DNA of 64,000 nt from assembly GCA_963700535.1 (NCBI GenBank), contig CAVOXU010000002.1:18063-82062 (forward strand), written 5' to 3'. The notes beneath the pieces were generated by a model that was not told the DNA's origin, searched no databases, and saw only the letters and a program-made list of their open reading frames with translations. The first letter of the stretch is position 1. Every line of letters starts with the position of its first letter. The DNA comes from Chrysiogenales bacterium. GTDB taxonomy: Bacteria; Acidobacteriota; Aminicenantia; UBA2199. Shown piece by piece: positions 37,681 to 46,330 of this stretch. The translations under genes were made by a program, and so were the position numbers.

Positions 37681-38804
37681 TCGATGAACTTAAAAAAGAG
37701 ATTGAAGGAGTCCGACGGTCTTTTTTAAATGAAATAGAGCAAATTCAATCTCCCGAAAAGTTGGCCGCCCTGAAGGAGCGGTTCCTTAGCCGCAAAAAAG
37801 GGATTGTCGGCCAGCAGCTTCTGAAGCTCCGCGATTGCACAACTGCGGAAAAACCTGTTGCCGGGCAACTCATCAATCAGCTCAAGCTGTTCATTGAGAC
37901 CGAGTTGGCCGGGACAGAGGCAAGGATCGGCGCCCGCCCAAGCAGACAGGAGCAATGGAGCGACTGCTCCCTGCCTGCTTCCGAGCTGCCCATCGGCCGT
38001 TTTCATTTGATCGCCGCAATCCAGCGCCAGATAGAGGAACTATTCCTCAATCTCGGCTACGAGATCGCTTACGGACCGGAAGTCGAGCTGGAAGAATACA
38101 ATTTCACCGCCCTGAATATCCCCGAATTCCATCCGGCCCGTGACGAGCAGGATACTTTTTTCCTGGACGGTTTTGATAACATGGTGCTGCGCACCCACAC
38201 ATCCCCGATGCAGGTACGCTACATGCTCGCTCACCGGCCGCCGCTCAAGATCATCTCTCCGGGCAAAGCGTTCCGCAAGGACGATCCCGATGCCACCCAC
38301 TCCCCGTGCTTTCACCAGGTGGAAGGCCTGCTGGTGGACCGCGGCGTCAATTTTTCCCACTTGAAAGGGACGCTGGAGATTTTTTGCCGTTCATTTTTCG
38401 GCCCCGACGTGAACCTGCGTTTTCGTCCGGGTTATTTTCCGTTCACCGAACCGTCGGCCGAAGTTGACATCAGCTGCTTCATGTGCTCCCCCCGACAGGT
38501 GATTCCCCCTGCCGGGACTTCCCCCGCGGGGACATCGGGCGCAGGAGCGCCCTCGTCGGCGGTCAAGGCTGCCTCGCGGGTCCAGTCTGACTGCAGGGTC
38601 TGCAAGGGCAGCGGTTGGCTGGAAATCCTGGGCAGCGGCATGGTCCATCCCCAGGTACTGCGCAACTGCGGCATCGATCCCGAGATCCATTCCGGGTTCG
38701 CTTTTGGCATGGGCATCGAACGGGTGGCCATGATCAAGTTCGGTGTTCCCGACCTGCGACTGCTGTATGAGAACGATCTGCGCCTGCTGGGTCAGTTCGG
38801 GTGA
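37677..38804 (+). CDS. pheS: Phenylalanine--tRNA ligase alpha subunit
   Basis: Class II motifs ..HPARDEQDTFF.., ..LRTHTSPMQVR.., ..FRPGYFPFTEPSAEVD.., ..GFAFGMGIERVAMIKFG.. It carries a Zn-knuckle insertion of about 33 aa (see findings). Confidence 0.95.
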   Translation: MIDELKKEIEGVRRSFLNEIEQIQSPEKLAALKERFLSRKKGIVGQQLLKLRDCTTAEKPVAGQLINQLKLFIETELAGTEARIGARPSRQEQWSDCSLPASELPIGRFHLIAAIQRQIEELFLNLGYEIAYGPEVELEEYNFTALNIPEFHPARDEQDTFFLDGFDNMVLRTHTSPMQVRYMLAHRPPLKIISPGKAFRKDDPDATHSPCFHQVEGLLVDRGVNFSHLKGTLEIFCRSFFGPDVNLRFRPGYFPFTEPSAEVDISCFMCSPRQVIPPAGTSPAGTSGAGAPSSAVKAASRVQSDCRVCKGSGWLEILGSGMVHPQVLRNCGIDPEIHSGFAFGMGIERVAMIKFGVPDLRLLYENDLRLLGQFG

Positions 38805-38807
38805 ATC

Positions 38808-40832
38808 ATGAAGATTAACATCGCTTACCTGAAGAAGTTCGTTGCCTTTGAATTGGATGACGCTGCCCTGAAGGAGCTCCTGGCCGCCATCGGCCTGGAA
38901 GTGGCCGATTCACAGGTGATCGAAGGCCAAACTGTTTTTGAGATCGAGATCACTCCCAACCGGCCCGATTGGCTTTCCCATTACGGCGTGGCCCGGGAAA
39001 TCGCCGCCAAGAACGGACAAGAACCATTTGTGCCCATGACGGTCGACGCAGTGGCGCTGGGCAAGGGCGAAAAAGGATTTGCCATCACAATTGAGGATGC
39101 CGCGGATTGCTGGCGCTATTCCGGTGCCATCGTCCGTGATGTGCAAGTGGTGGAATCGGATCCGGCGGTGCAAAAGCTGCTGATCAGCCTCGGATTGCGG
39201 CCGATCAACAACATCGTTGATGTTTCCAACCTGGTGATGATGACCTGCGGACAGCCGCTGCATATTTTTGACCTGGAACAGCTGCAGGGAAAGCAGATCC
39301 GCATCCGCCGCGCCAAAAAGAATGAGAAGATCCGCTTGCTGGATGAACGCGAAGTCGCCCTGAACGAGAATTTTCTCCTGATCGCCGACGCTTCGCGGCC
39401 CCTGGCCCTGGCCGGAATTATGGGCGGTCTGGAATCGGGCATCAGCCTCAGCACCCGCCATATTTTCATCGAAAGTGCCTGTTTCAATCCGCTGGTCGTA
39501 CGTCGCGCTTCGCGCCTTCTTGGTTTTAAAACAGACGCCAGCTACCGCTTTGAAAGGGGCATGGACGTTGAGGCCACCATCCCGGCTTTGAAAATGGCCC
39601 TGCTCCTGCTCGGCCAAACGCAGCCCCCGGCCTATTTTCAAGATGTCTATCCCCGGCCCCTGACTCCCACGGTTGTCCCTTTGGAAAAAGATTACCCCAG
39701 CCGGCTGACCGGTATCAATATTGAACCGGATGACAGTTCCGCCATTTTGCAGCGCCTGGGCTTTAAACTGCAGGACCAGGGCAGCCGCTGGCAGGTGCAG
39801 GTGCCCAGCCATCGCGTTGACGTCTCCTGCAAAGAGGACCTTGTCGAGGAGATCATTCGCATCCACGGCTACGAGCACCTGCAGGCGCAGATGCCGCTGT
39901 CGGCCAATCCGATTTTGCGCATCGATCGCGAGCGGGAGATCGTGCAGCGCTTGAAGAACCAACTGGCCGCCAGTGGTTTCAACGAAGTGATCAATTACGT
40001 TTTTCAGAGTCCGGAAGAAAACGCGCTGTACGACCCGCAGCTGCCGCCCCTGGCCCTGAAGAATCCTTTGGGGAAAGATTTTTCCGTGATGAAGAATTCC
40101 CTGCTGGCCGGCATGCTGAAGAATACCGCTCTCAACGCCAACCAGTACTGGGAAAGGATCGCCCTTTTTGAAATCGGCAATGTGTTCGACCAGCACGAGG
40201 GCATGATCCTGGAAGAAAAAAGACTGGCCATCAGCGCCTATGGCCTGAAGCAGAAAAAGGATTGGCGCAGTCGGGAAGAGGTATTCGATTTTTCTTATTT
40301 CAAATCCCTGCTGGCCATGCTCGGCAGGCTCGTGCGCCTGGACTTCGCTTTTAAAAAGCAAACGCACCCGGCTTATATCGACAGCTGCTGTTTCGTAATT
40401 GAAATTGACGGCCGGCCCTGCGGTCGGCTCGGGGAAATGACCCCGGAATTCTGCCGCTATTTCAAACTGGAGCGGCCGGTTTTTGCTGCCGAGATCGATC
40501 TGCAGGCTTTGGTCGCGGCAGTAGGTGAAAAATGTTTCAGCGGCATGAATCGTTTCCCGGCCGTTCGCCGCGATTTCACTTTCCTGATGGCCAAAACCGT
40601 CAGTTATGAGGAGTTGCGCTCCTGCCTCGATCGTTTGCAGCCCGAGGTTCTCGAAAGTTTCGAGTTGACCGATGTTTTCCAGGGACCATCCGTCCCGGCC
40701 GACAAGGTCAGCTTTTCCATGGGATTCACCTACCGGGCCCAGGACCGCACCCTGACCGGAGATGAGGTGAACTCCATCCACCTGGAATTCACCGCGAAAA
40801 TGGTGGAACAGATGCACTTAATTCAAAGATAA
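38808..40832 (+). CDS. pheT: Phenylalanine--tRNA ligase beta subunit (674 aa, lacking the N-terminal OB-fold tRNA-binding domain)
   Basis: B1 start MKINIAYLKKFV.. runs directly into ..EIEITPNRPDWLSHYGVAREIAA. B3/4, B5 and FDX-ACB C-terminal regions are present. Confidence 0.95.
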   Translation: MKINIAYLKKFVAFELDDAALKELLAAIGLEVADSQVIEGQTVFEIEITPNRPDWLSHYGVAREIAAKNGQEPFVPMTVDAVALGKGEKGFAITIEDAADCWRYSGAIVRDVQVVESDPAVQKLLISLGLRPINNIVDVSNLVMMTCGQPLHIFDLEQLQGKQIRIRRAKKNEKIRLLDEREVALNENFLLIADASRPLALAGIMGGLESGISLSTRHIFIESACFNPLVVRRASRLLGFKTDASYRFERGMDVEATIPALKMALLLLGQTQPPAYFQDVYPRPLTPTVVPLEKDYPSRLTGINIEPDDSSAILQRLGFKLQDQGSRWQVQVPSHRVDVSCKEDLVEEIIRIHGYEHLQAQMPLSANPILRIDREREIVQRLKNQLAASGFNEVINYVFQSPEENALYDPQLPPLALKNPLGKDFSVMKNSLLAGMLKNTALNANQYWERIALFEIGNVFDQHEGMILEEKRLAISAYGLKQKKDWRSREEVFDFSYFKSLLAMLGRLVRLDFAFKKQTHPAYIDSCCFVIEIDGRPCGRLGEMTPEFCRYFKLERPVFAAEIDLQALVAAVGEKCFSGMNRFPAVRRDFTFLMAKTVSYEELRSCLDRLQPEVLESFELTDVFQGPSVPADKVSFSMGFTYRAQDRTLTGDEVNSIHLEFTAKMVEQMHLIQR

Positions 40833-40843
40833 GGAGCACGAAG

Positions 40844-41047
40844 ATGAGTTTCAAAGAGTTCGATAAACTTGAAGAAAAGATCAACCGCCTGATTGCCGGA
40901 CTGAAAGCCCTGCGGGATGAAAACCAGAAGTTGAAAAAGGAATTGCAGGGAGTCAGGCAGGATTCTTCCCAGCGTGACAGTGAAAAGAGCGAGATCCGCA
41001 AAAAAATCGCTTCGCTGATCGACCTGGTTGATTCGATCGGGGAATAA
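40844..41047 (+). CDS. ZapB-like coiled-coil cell-division protein
   Basis: 67 aa: ..FDKLEEKINRLIAGLKALRDENQKLKKEL.. resembles the ZapB N-terminus. It lies directly upstream of zapA. Confidence 0.5.
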   Translation: MSFKEFDKLEEKINRLIAGLKALRDENQKLKKELQGVRQDSSQRDSEKSEIRKKIASLIDLVDSIGE

Positions 41048-41352
41048 TGTCCAGAGAAATTGAAGTTCAGATCACCGGCAAGAAATTCGTTTTTCAGCTG
41101 GCCGACGATATCCAGCCAGAGGAATTTCTGCAGGTGGTTGAATATGTGGAAAATAAGATCAACAAAATCAAGAGCAGGATGAACGAATTGGACTCCCTGA
41201 AATTGGGATTGTTAACTTCGATAAACATTGCCCAGGACCTGTTTTCCTTGAAAAAGGAAAATGCGAAACTGGCGCAGATACTTGGGAGAATCGACACCTT
41301 GTTGTCGCCTGAAAGTGAGGATGGAAAGTTAACTGTCAGTTTGTCATCCTGA
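41047..41352 (+). CDS. zapA: Cell division protein ZapA
   Basis: 101 aa: ..IEVQITGKKFVFQLADDIQPEEFLQVVEYVENKI...LLTSINIAQDLF. Confidence 0.8.
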   Translation: MSREIEVQITGKKFVFQLADDIQPEEFLQVVEYVENKINKIKSRMNELDSLKLGLLTSINIAQDLFSLKKENAKLAQILGRIDTLLSPESEDGKLTVSLSS

Positions 41353-41367
41353 AAAAGGAGGAAGACA

Positions 41368-42921
41368 ATGTCCGAGATCGCTTTTTTGCTGTTCGGCATT
41401 TTACTGGGCGGCGGTGCGATATTTTTATTAAAAAAGAAGATCTTTGCCGGTGAATACAAAAAAGTTCAGGTTTATAAAAATCAACTGGAGGCCAGGAACC
41501 TGGAAGAACTGGAGCGGGCCAAGAAACAATCCCTGCTTGAGTTGAAGGAAGAATTCGCCGAATGGAAGAACGAATACAACAGCCGGCACAACGAAAAGAT
41601 CAACCGCCTGAATGTCATGGAGAAACGTCTTATCCAGAAGGAAGAAAATCTGGACAAACGCTACACCAACCTGGAAAACAAGGAAAAGGAATTAAAGAAA
41701 AAAGAAAGGGACCTGGCCATTCAGGAAGAGGAAAACGCGGCCGTTAAAAGCAGCGTCAACAAGCTTTATGAAGAGCAGCGGCTGAAGTTGGAAAAAATTT
41801 CCGGGCTTTCCGTTCAGGAGGCCAAGGAATTGATCATCAAGCAATATGAAAGTGAAGCCAGGCTCGAATCGGCGCAAAGGTTGAAACTTATCGAAGAGGA
41901 GTTAAAGGAAAAAAGCCAACAGCTGGCCAAGGATGTAATATCCAACGCTGTGCAGCGTATCGCCACCGAGCACGTGGTTTCCTCATCGGTTACGGTCATC
42001 GATCTGCCTTCGGATGAGATGAAGGGCCGGATCATCGGCCGCGAAGGCAGGAATATCCGCGCCCTGGAAAATGCCACGGGAGTGGATTTCATCGTCGACG
42101 ACACCCCGGAAGCGATCCTGGTCTCTTCTTTCGATCCCATCCGCCGCGAAATGGCCAAACAGGCCATTGAAACCCTGATCGCAGACGGACGCATCCATCC
42201 GGCCCGGATCGAAGAGGTCGTCGACCGCATCAAGGGCAATTTCGATACCTACCTGCGCAAGCAAGGCGAAGCCGCGGTCACGGAGCTCGGAATCAGGGAT
42301 CTGAACACTGAGCTGTATTTCTACCTGGGCAAGCTGAAATTCAGGACTTCCTTCGGCCAGAACGTGCTGGAGCATTCCAAGGATGTGGCCATGATCGCCG
42401 CAATGCTGGCCCGCGAGATCGGCGCCAATGTCAATATCTGCAAGCGCGCCGGTTTGCTGCATGACGTGGGCAAGGCCATTGACCGCGAAACCGAAGGCAC
42501 GCATACGTCGTTGTCAGTTGACCTTACCAAGAAGTTCGGCGAATCCGCAGCGGTCCAGGACGCCATCGCCTCTCACCACATGGATACCGAGTTCACTTCT
42601 ATCGAAGCGGTCCTGATCCAGGCCGCGGACAGCATTTCCGCCGCCCGGCCCGGGGCCCGGCGCGAGATCCTGGAAACCTACATCAAGAGGCTGGAAAAAC
42701 TCGAGGAGTTGAGCAAATCCTTTACCGGGGTGACCAAAGCCTTCGCCTTGCAGGCCGGGCGCGAAGTACGCGTCATCGTCAACGCCAACGAGCTCGATGA
42801 CAACCGTACTTTTTTGATCTGCAAGGACATAGCTAAAAAGATTCAGGAAGAGATGGAATATCCAGGACAGATCAAGGTTTCAGTGATCAGGGAAGTGCGG
42901 GCCATCGAATATGCCAAATAA
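41368..42921 (+). CDS. rny: Ribonuclease Y
   Basis: N-terminal TM segment, coiled coil, KH domain (..MKGRIIGREGRNIRALENATGVDFIVDDTP..) and HD domain (..HSKDVA..LLHDVGKA..). Confidence 0.95.
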   Translation: MSEIAFLLFGILLGGGAIFLLKKKIFAGEYKKVQVYKNQLEARNLEELERAKKQSLLELKEEFAEWKNEYNSRHNEKINRLNVMEKRLIQKEENLDKRYTNLENKEKELKKKERDLAIQEEENAAVKSSVNKLYEEQRLKLEKISGLSVQEAKELIIKQYESEARLESAQRLKLIEEELKEKSQQLAKDVISNAVQRIATEHVVSSSVTVIDLPSDEMKGRIIGREGRNIRALENATGVDFIVDDTPEAILVSSFDPIRREMAKQAIETLIADGRIHPARIEEVVDRIKGNFDTYLRKQGEAAVTELGIRDLNTELYFYLGKLKFRTSFGQNVLEHSKDVAMIAAMLAREIGANVNICKRAGLLHDVGKAIDRETEGTHTSLSVDLTKKFGESAAVQDAIASHHMDTEFTSIEAVLIQAADSISAARPGARREILETYIKRLEKLEELSKSFTGVTKAFALQAGREVRVIVNANELDDNRTFLICKDIAKKIQEEMEYPGQIKVSVIREVRAIEYAK

Positions 42922-43726
42922 TAAGGTCAGGCTCATCATGATCGGCGATGTGGTCGGCCGTTTCGGCCGCAAATTCGTCCAGGCGGTCCTGCCGCTGATC
43001 AAAGCCAAATTCAGTCCCGACGTGGTGATCGCCAATGGCGAAAATTCGGCCGGCGGCCTGGGTGTCATCCGCCGCACCGCCGATGAACTGTTCGAAGCCG
43101 GAGTTAATGTCCTGACCGGGGGCAACCATATCTGGGACAAGAAAGAGGCGCTCGATCTGCTCAAAACTGAAAGACGCATACTCAAGCCCCTGAATTACCA
43201 TGTTTCGACCCCGGGCAACGGCTCCATGGTCTACAAAACCGCCGAGGGTAACCCGGTGGTGATAATCAGCCTGCAGGGGCGGGTATTCATGGAGCCGGTG
43301 GTGGACAATCCGTTCACAACCATAGACGAATTTCTGAAAAAGAATTCCCATTCGATCGTGCTGGTCGATTTTCATGCCGAGGCCACGGCCGAAAAACAGG
43401 CCATGGGATTTTTTCTTGACGGCCGGGTCAGCGCCGTGCTGGGCACTCACACCCACGTGCCCACCGGCGACGCCCGCCTGCTGGAGAACGGCACGGCCTA
43501 CCAGACCGATGTCGGCATGACCGGCGCCCTGGATTCGATCATCGGCATGAAGCGCGAGCCCATCATCAGCAAGTTCTATAACGGCATTCACCAGAAATTT
43601 GAGGTGGCCGGGGGCAGGCAGGTTCTGGACATGACCATGGTCGATGTTGACGCCACAAGCGGCAAAGCGCTGCATATCGAGGCCCACCGCTATAACGAGG
43701 CGACTTACGGCCAACAGCTCGCTTGA
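42911..43726 (+). CDS. ymdB: YmdB-family metallophosphoesterase (2',3'-cyclic-nucleotide phosphodiesterase-like)
   Basis: ..VRLIMIGDVVGRFGR...VIANGENSAGGLG...LTGGNHIWDK...VDFHAEATAEK...GTHTHVPT. rny-ymdB synteny as in Firmicutes. Confidence 0.9.
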   Translation: MPNNKVRLIMIGDVVGRFGRKFVQAVLPLIKAKFSPDVVIANGENSAGGLGVIRRTADELFEAGVNVLTGGNHIWDKKEALDLLKTERRILKPLNYHVSTPGNGSMVYKTAEGNPVVIISLQGRVFMEPVVDNPFTTIDEFLKKNSHSIVLVDFHAEATAEKQAMGFFLDGRVSAVLGTHTHVPTGDARLLENGTAYQTDVGMTGALDSIIGMKREPIISKFYNGIHQKFEVAGGRQVLDMTMVDVDATSGKALHIEAHRYNEATYGQQLA

Positions 43727-43745
43727 AGAAGGATCCTGGATCAGT

Positions 43746-44036
43746 CTATTTTTTATTTTTTTCAGGCCATTGGCGCGCGCCATGGAAGATGCGCAGGATT
43801 TCCAAGCGATTGCCTTTTACGCGGTAGATCACGATATAGGGCGTTCCGGCGACAACCAATTCCCGGGTTTTCGCGACTCGTCCGGCCTTGCCCAACGCGG
43901 GATTCATGGATAGCAATTCTACTGCTTCTAAGACCTTATTGATCTCACTTGCGGCTGCCGGCGGGTTTTCAAAAAAAATATACTCATAAGCCTCTTCCAG
44001 ATCAATGGCCGCTTTTTCCAGCCAGAATATTTTCAA
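43746..44036 (-). CDS. parE: ParE/RelE-family type II toxin
   Basis: 96 aa: ..AAIDLEEAYEYIFFENPPAAASEINKV...LGKAGRVAKTRELVVAGTPYIVIYRVKGNRLEILRIFHGARQW. 4-nt overlap with the upstream antitoxin. Confidence 0.85.
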   Translation of the reverse strand: MKIFWLEKAAIDLEEAYEYIFFENPPAAASEINKVLEAVELLSMNPALGKAGRVAKTRELVVAGTPYIVIYRVKGNRLEILRIFHGARQWPEKNKK

Positions 44037-44299
44037 GGCTTTTTCTCTTGCCGCTGCGCCATTCGCGTTTTCAATTTGTTCACCACATCCTCATGCTCGA
44101 TGAATTTGGCATGAGACGAATCGGCTTCTTTTACCGCCTCCTGGATCGCCTGTATCTGCCATTCCTGGGTGACCACGAACTCCTCTATGGCTTTGGCGGC
44201 CCAATAGGCTTTGGTTCGCTCAGTCGCTTCGGCCAAATGTTTAAGCTTGTCCTTTATGGCTGAGGGTAACCGGATGGTTATAGTCGATGTTTGCGACAT
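44033..44299 (-). CDS. Ribbon-helix-helix (CopG/ParD-like) antitoxin
   Basis: 88 aa with an N-terminal RHH (ITIRLPSAIKDKLKHLAEATERTKAYWAAKAIEEFV). AGGAG RBS. A TTGTAA-16-TATAAT promoter-like sequence lies upstream at 44317-44344. Confidence 0.75.
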   Translation of the reverse strand: MSQTSTITIRLPSAIKDKLKHLAEATERTKAYWAAKAIEEFVVTQEWQIQAIQEAVKEADSSHAKFIEHEDVVNKLKTRMAQRQEKKP

Positions 44300-44581
44300 T
44301 GTGTTCTCCTGTGTACATTATAGTATAATAAATACAATTTACAACTTTTATTTAAAATAAGTCTGCCGATATTGTCATTTTTGATGTGGGTCGGGACTTA
44401 CGATTTTTATTGACATTTATCGCAATCACTCCTACAATTTGTTCTACGTGCAGAAAACAGCATTCTTCCCACCTGTTGGCCTGGCCTTTTGGGTATGGTT
44501 GCCACATTTTTCCGCTGCGGCAGGGAAAAACCACGGCTTGTCCTTACTGGGCAGAAATCCGTTCCTGACGCCAATCCGGCA

Positions 44582-45610
44582 ATGCAGCAAAAAATAATTA
44601 AAATTTCCGCCTTCCTCTGCCTGGGGATGTTCATCTACTTCATCATTCGCGCCAATCCCGGCGAACTGTTGCGTCTCATCGGCCGTCTACCACTTTTTGG
44701 GATCATGCTGCTTATCTTTCTGCGCTTCGTGTTCTGGATAATCCGCACGGTTTCCTGGCGGCTCGTTCTTGCCCGCTGCAGCAGTGATCGTGTCTCCTTC
44801 TCCACCCTGTTCTGGGCCGAACTGGCCGGGCATGCCATGGGATATTTCACCCCTTCGGCCAAGCTGGGGGGCGATGCCATCCGCGCCATGATGCTCCACC
44901 CTGTCCCCAAGAACCAGGCGCTGGCCTCGGTGGTGATAGACAAGACGATCGAGCTGATCGCCACCATCCTGATGATGAGCCTTGGTCTGTTCATTACACT
45001 GGTGCGTATCCGCATGCCCGCCACGCAAAGACTTGTTTTTCTGTCGCTGACGGCGCTGATGGCCCTTTTCATTTTCATTTTTTTCCGGAAACAAAAGAAA
45101 GGACTCTTTATCTGGATCCTGGATTCATTGAAAAAATTGCGCATCAAGTCGAAATACTTTGAGCGGAAGCGGGAACGCCTGATTGAAACCGACAAGATCA
45201 TTGCCGATTTCTATTCCAGCCATCGCCGGCCTTTTCTTTATTCTTTCATCCTTTACATCTCTATGGTCTTGCTTTGGGTGGCGGAAATGCACCTGAGCTT
45301 CCTTTTCCTCGGCATGAGCAGCATCACGTTGCTGAAAAGTTTTCTGATAACTACCCTGGGCATCGTCGCCAATATTGTGCCCGTGATCCCGGCCGGAATC
45401 GGGATCTATGATCTGAGTTACCTGCCCATATTCGCCATTTTCAGGGTTCCGTTGAGATTCGGCATCACCGTCATTTTGCTGCGTCGGTTGCTGAATCTGC
45501 TCATGGCCGTCATCGGCCTGCTACCCATGCTGCGGATGAAATCGCACCAGGCCCTCAAAGGGGAAGCTGCTGCCGTTCAGATCTCCAACCCGTCAGCAGG
45601 AAATAACTGA
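44582..45610 (+). CDS. UPF0104 / lysyl-PG-synthase-TM-type (flippase-like) integral membrane protein
   Basis: About 8 TM segments with the family-typical ..W(R)LVL......S......F.....G.......P.AKLGGD..RA.. block (FWAELAGHAMGYFTPSAKLGGDAIRAMML). Start set at the ATG at 44582; the ORF-track start at 44489 adds a non-hydrophobic leader. Confidence 0.75.
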   Translation: MQQKIIKISAFLCLGMFIYFIIRANPGELLRLIGRLPLFGIMLLIFLRFVFWIIRTVSWRLVLARCSSDRVSFSTLFWAELAGHAMGYFTPSAKLGGDAIRAMMLHPVPKNQALASVVIDKTIELIATILMMSLGLFITLVRIRMPATQRLVFLSLTALMALFIFIFFRKQKKGLFIWILDSLKKLRIKSKYFERKRERLIETDKIIADFYSSHRRPFLYSFILYISMVLLWVAEMHLSFLFLGMSSITLLKSFLITTLGIVANIVPVIPAGIGIYDLSYLPIFAIFRVPLRFGITVILLRRLLNLLMAVIGLLPMLRMKSHQALKGEAAAVQISNPSAGNN

Positions 45611-46266
45611 CACGATAGATCAGATTCAATACCGTTTCCGCCAAAAGCGCATAGATGATCAGATCCAGGCGGTTCAGTAGTCCCATGACGAAAATAAAAA
45701 AAATGGCCAGGGCGCGGCCTTCGCCGCTTTCACCGCTTTTCGCATCGTGAAAGCGGTTGAAGATGTAGTAGAGGATGACCTGAAGCAAATACAAGGAAAG
45801 GACGAACAAGCCCAGGATCAGCCTGTTTTTGTCTCCGTTGCCGGCGCGGTAGAAACCGATGGTGATCCCCAGAAGCACGCAGAAATCAGATATGCGGTCG
45901 AGGAACAAATCAAGGAAAGTGCCGAAACGGCTGCAGGTGTTCCGGACTCGGGCCAGCATGCCGTCGGCGCAGTCAAAGATCAGGGAAACTTCGATCAACA
46001 CGCCTGCCCACAGGATGGTGCCGGCTGTGTCCCCAGGCGAAGAGGGCCGCGCCGGAAATGCCGAAAATGAAGGCCATGACTGTGAGCTGATTGGGAGTGA
46101 TGGCGGTGGGGAAAACCAATGAAACCAAAATGGAAGCAAGGGGACGATTTATCCATTTCTCAAAATTCAGGAAACGTACCAAAAAACCTTTGCGATCCTT
46201 CTTCAACTGGGCCTGGTAAAACGTATTATCTGCTTTTCTCTTTCTTCTTAGCCATTGTTTCAGCAT
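45555..46266 (-). pseudogene. CDP-alcohol phosphatidyltransferase-family enzyme, one frame disruption
   Basis: Fragments 45973..46266 and 45555..46139 join at about 46030-46035. The complete motif D-x2-DG-x2-AR-x8-G-x3-D-x3-D is present (DCADGMLARVRNTCSRFGTFLDLFLD). Confidence 0.8.
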
Positions 46267-46330
46267 ACATTATATCCACGCTGGGGATAAAAGTCAAAAA
46301 AAGGGGCGGAGTTCGTCCTCAGGTCCCGCT

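Noticed and set aside
38910-40817. A very long antisense ORF (635 aa) opposite pheT. Similar antisense or overlapping ORFs occur at 3420..4991, 6294..7487, 9393..10550, 23951..24943, 56144..56974, 57587..58462, 60445..61086 and 61225..62598.
   Set aside because: Each lies opposite or out of frame to a gene with clear family signatures. Their translations are Gly/Arg/Ala/His-rich low-complexity strings without motifs or RBS. Open antisense frames are expected in GC-rich coding DNA.
43746-44299. The ParE/RHH pair as evidence that the window is plasmid- or phage-derived.
   Set aside because: It is flanked by single-copy housekeeping operons (rny-ymdB, pheST, dxs, polA). There are no replication, partition, integrase or structural phage genes in 64 kb.
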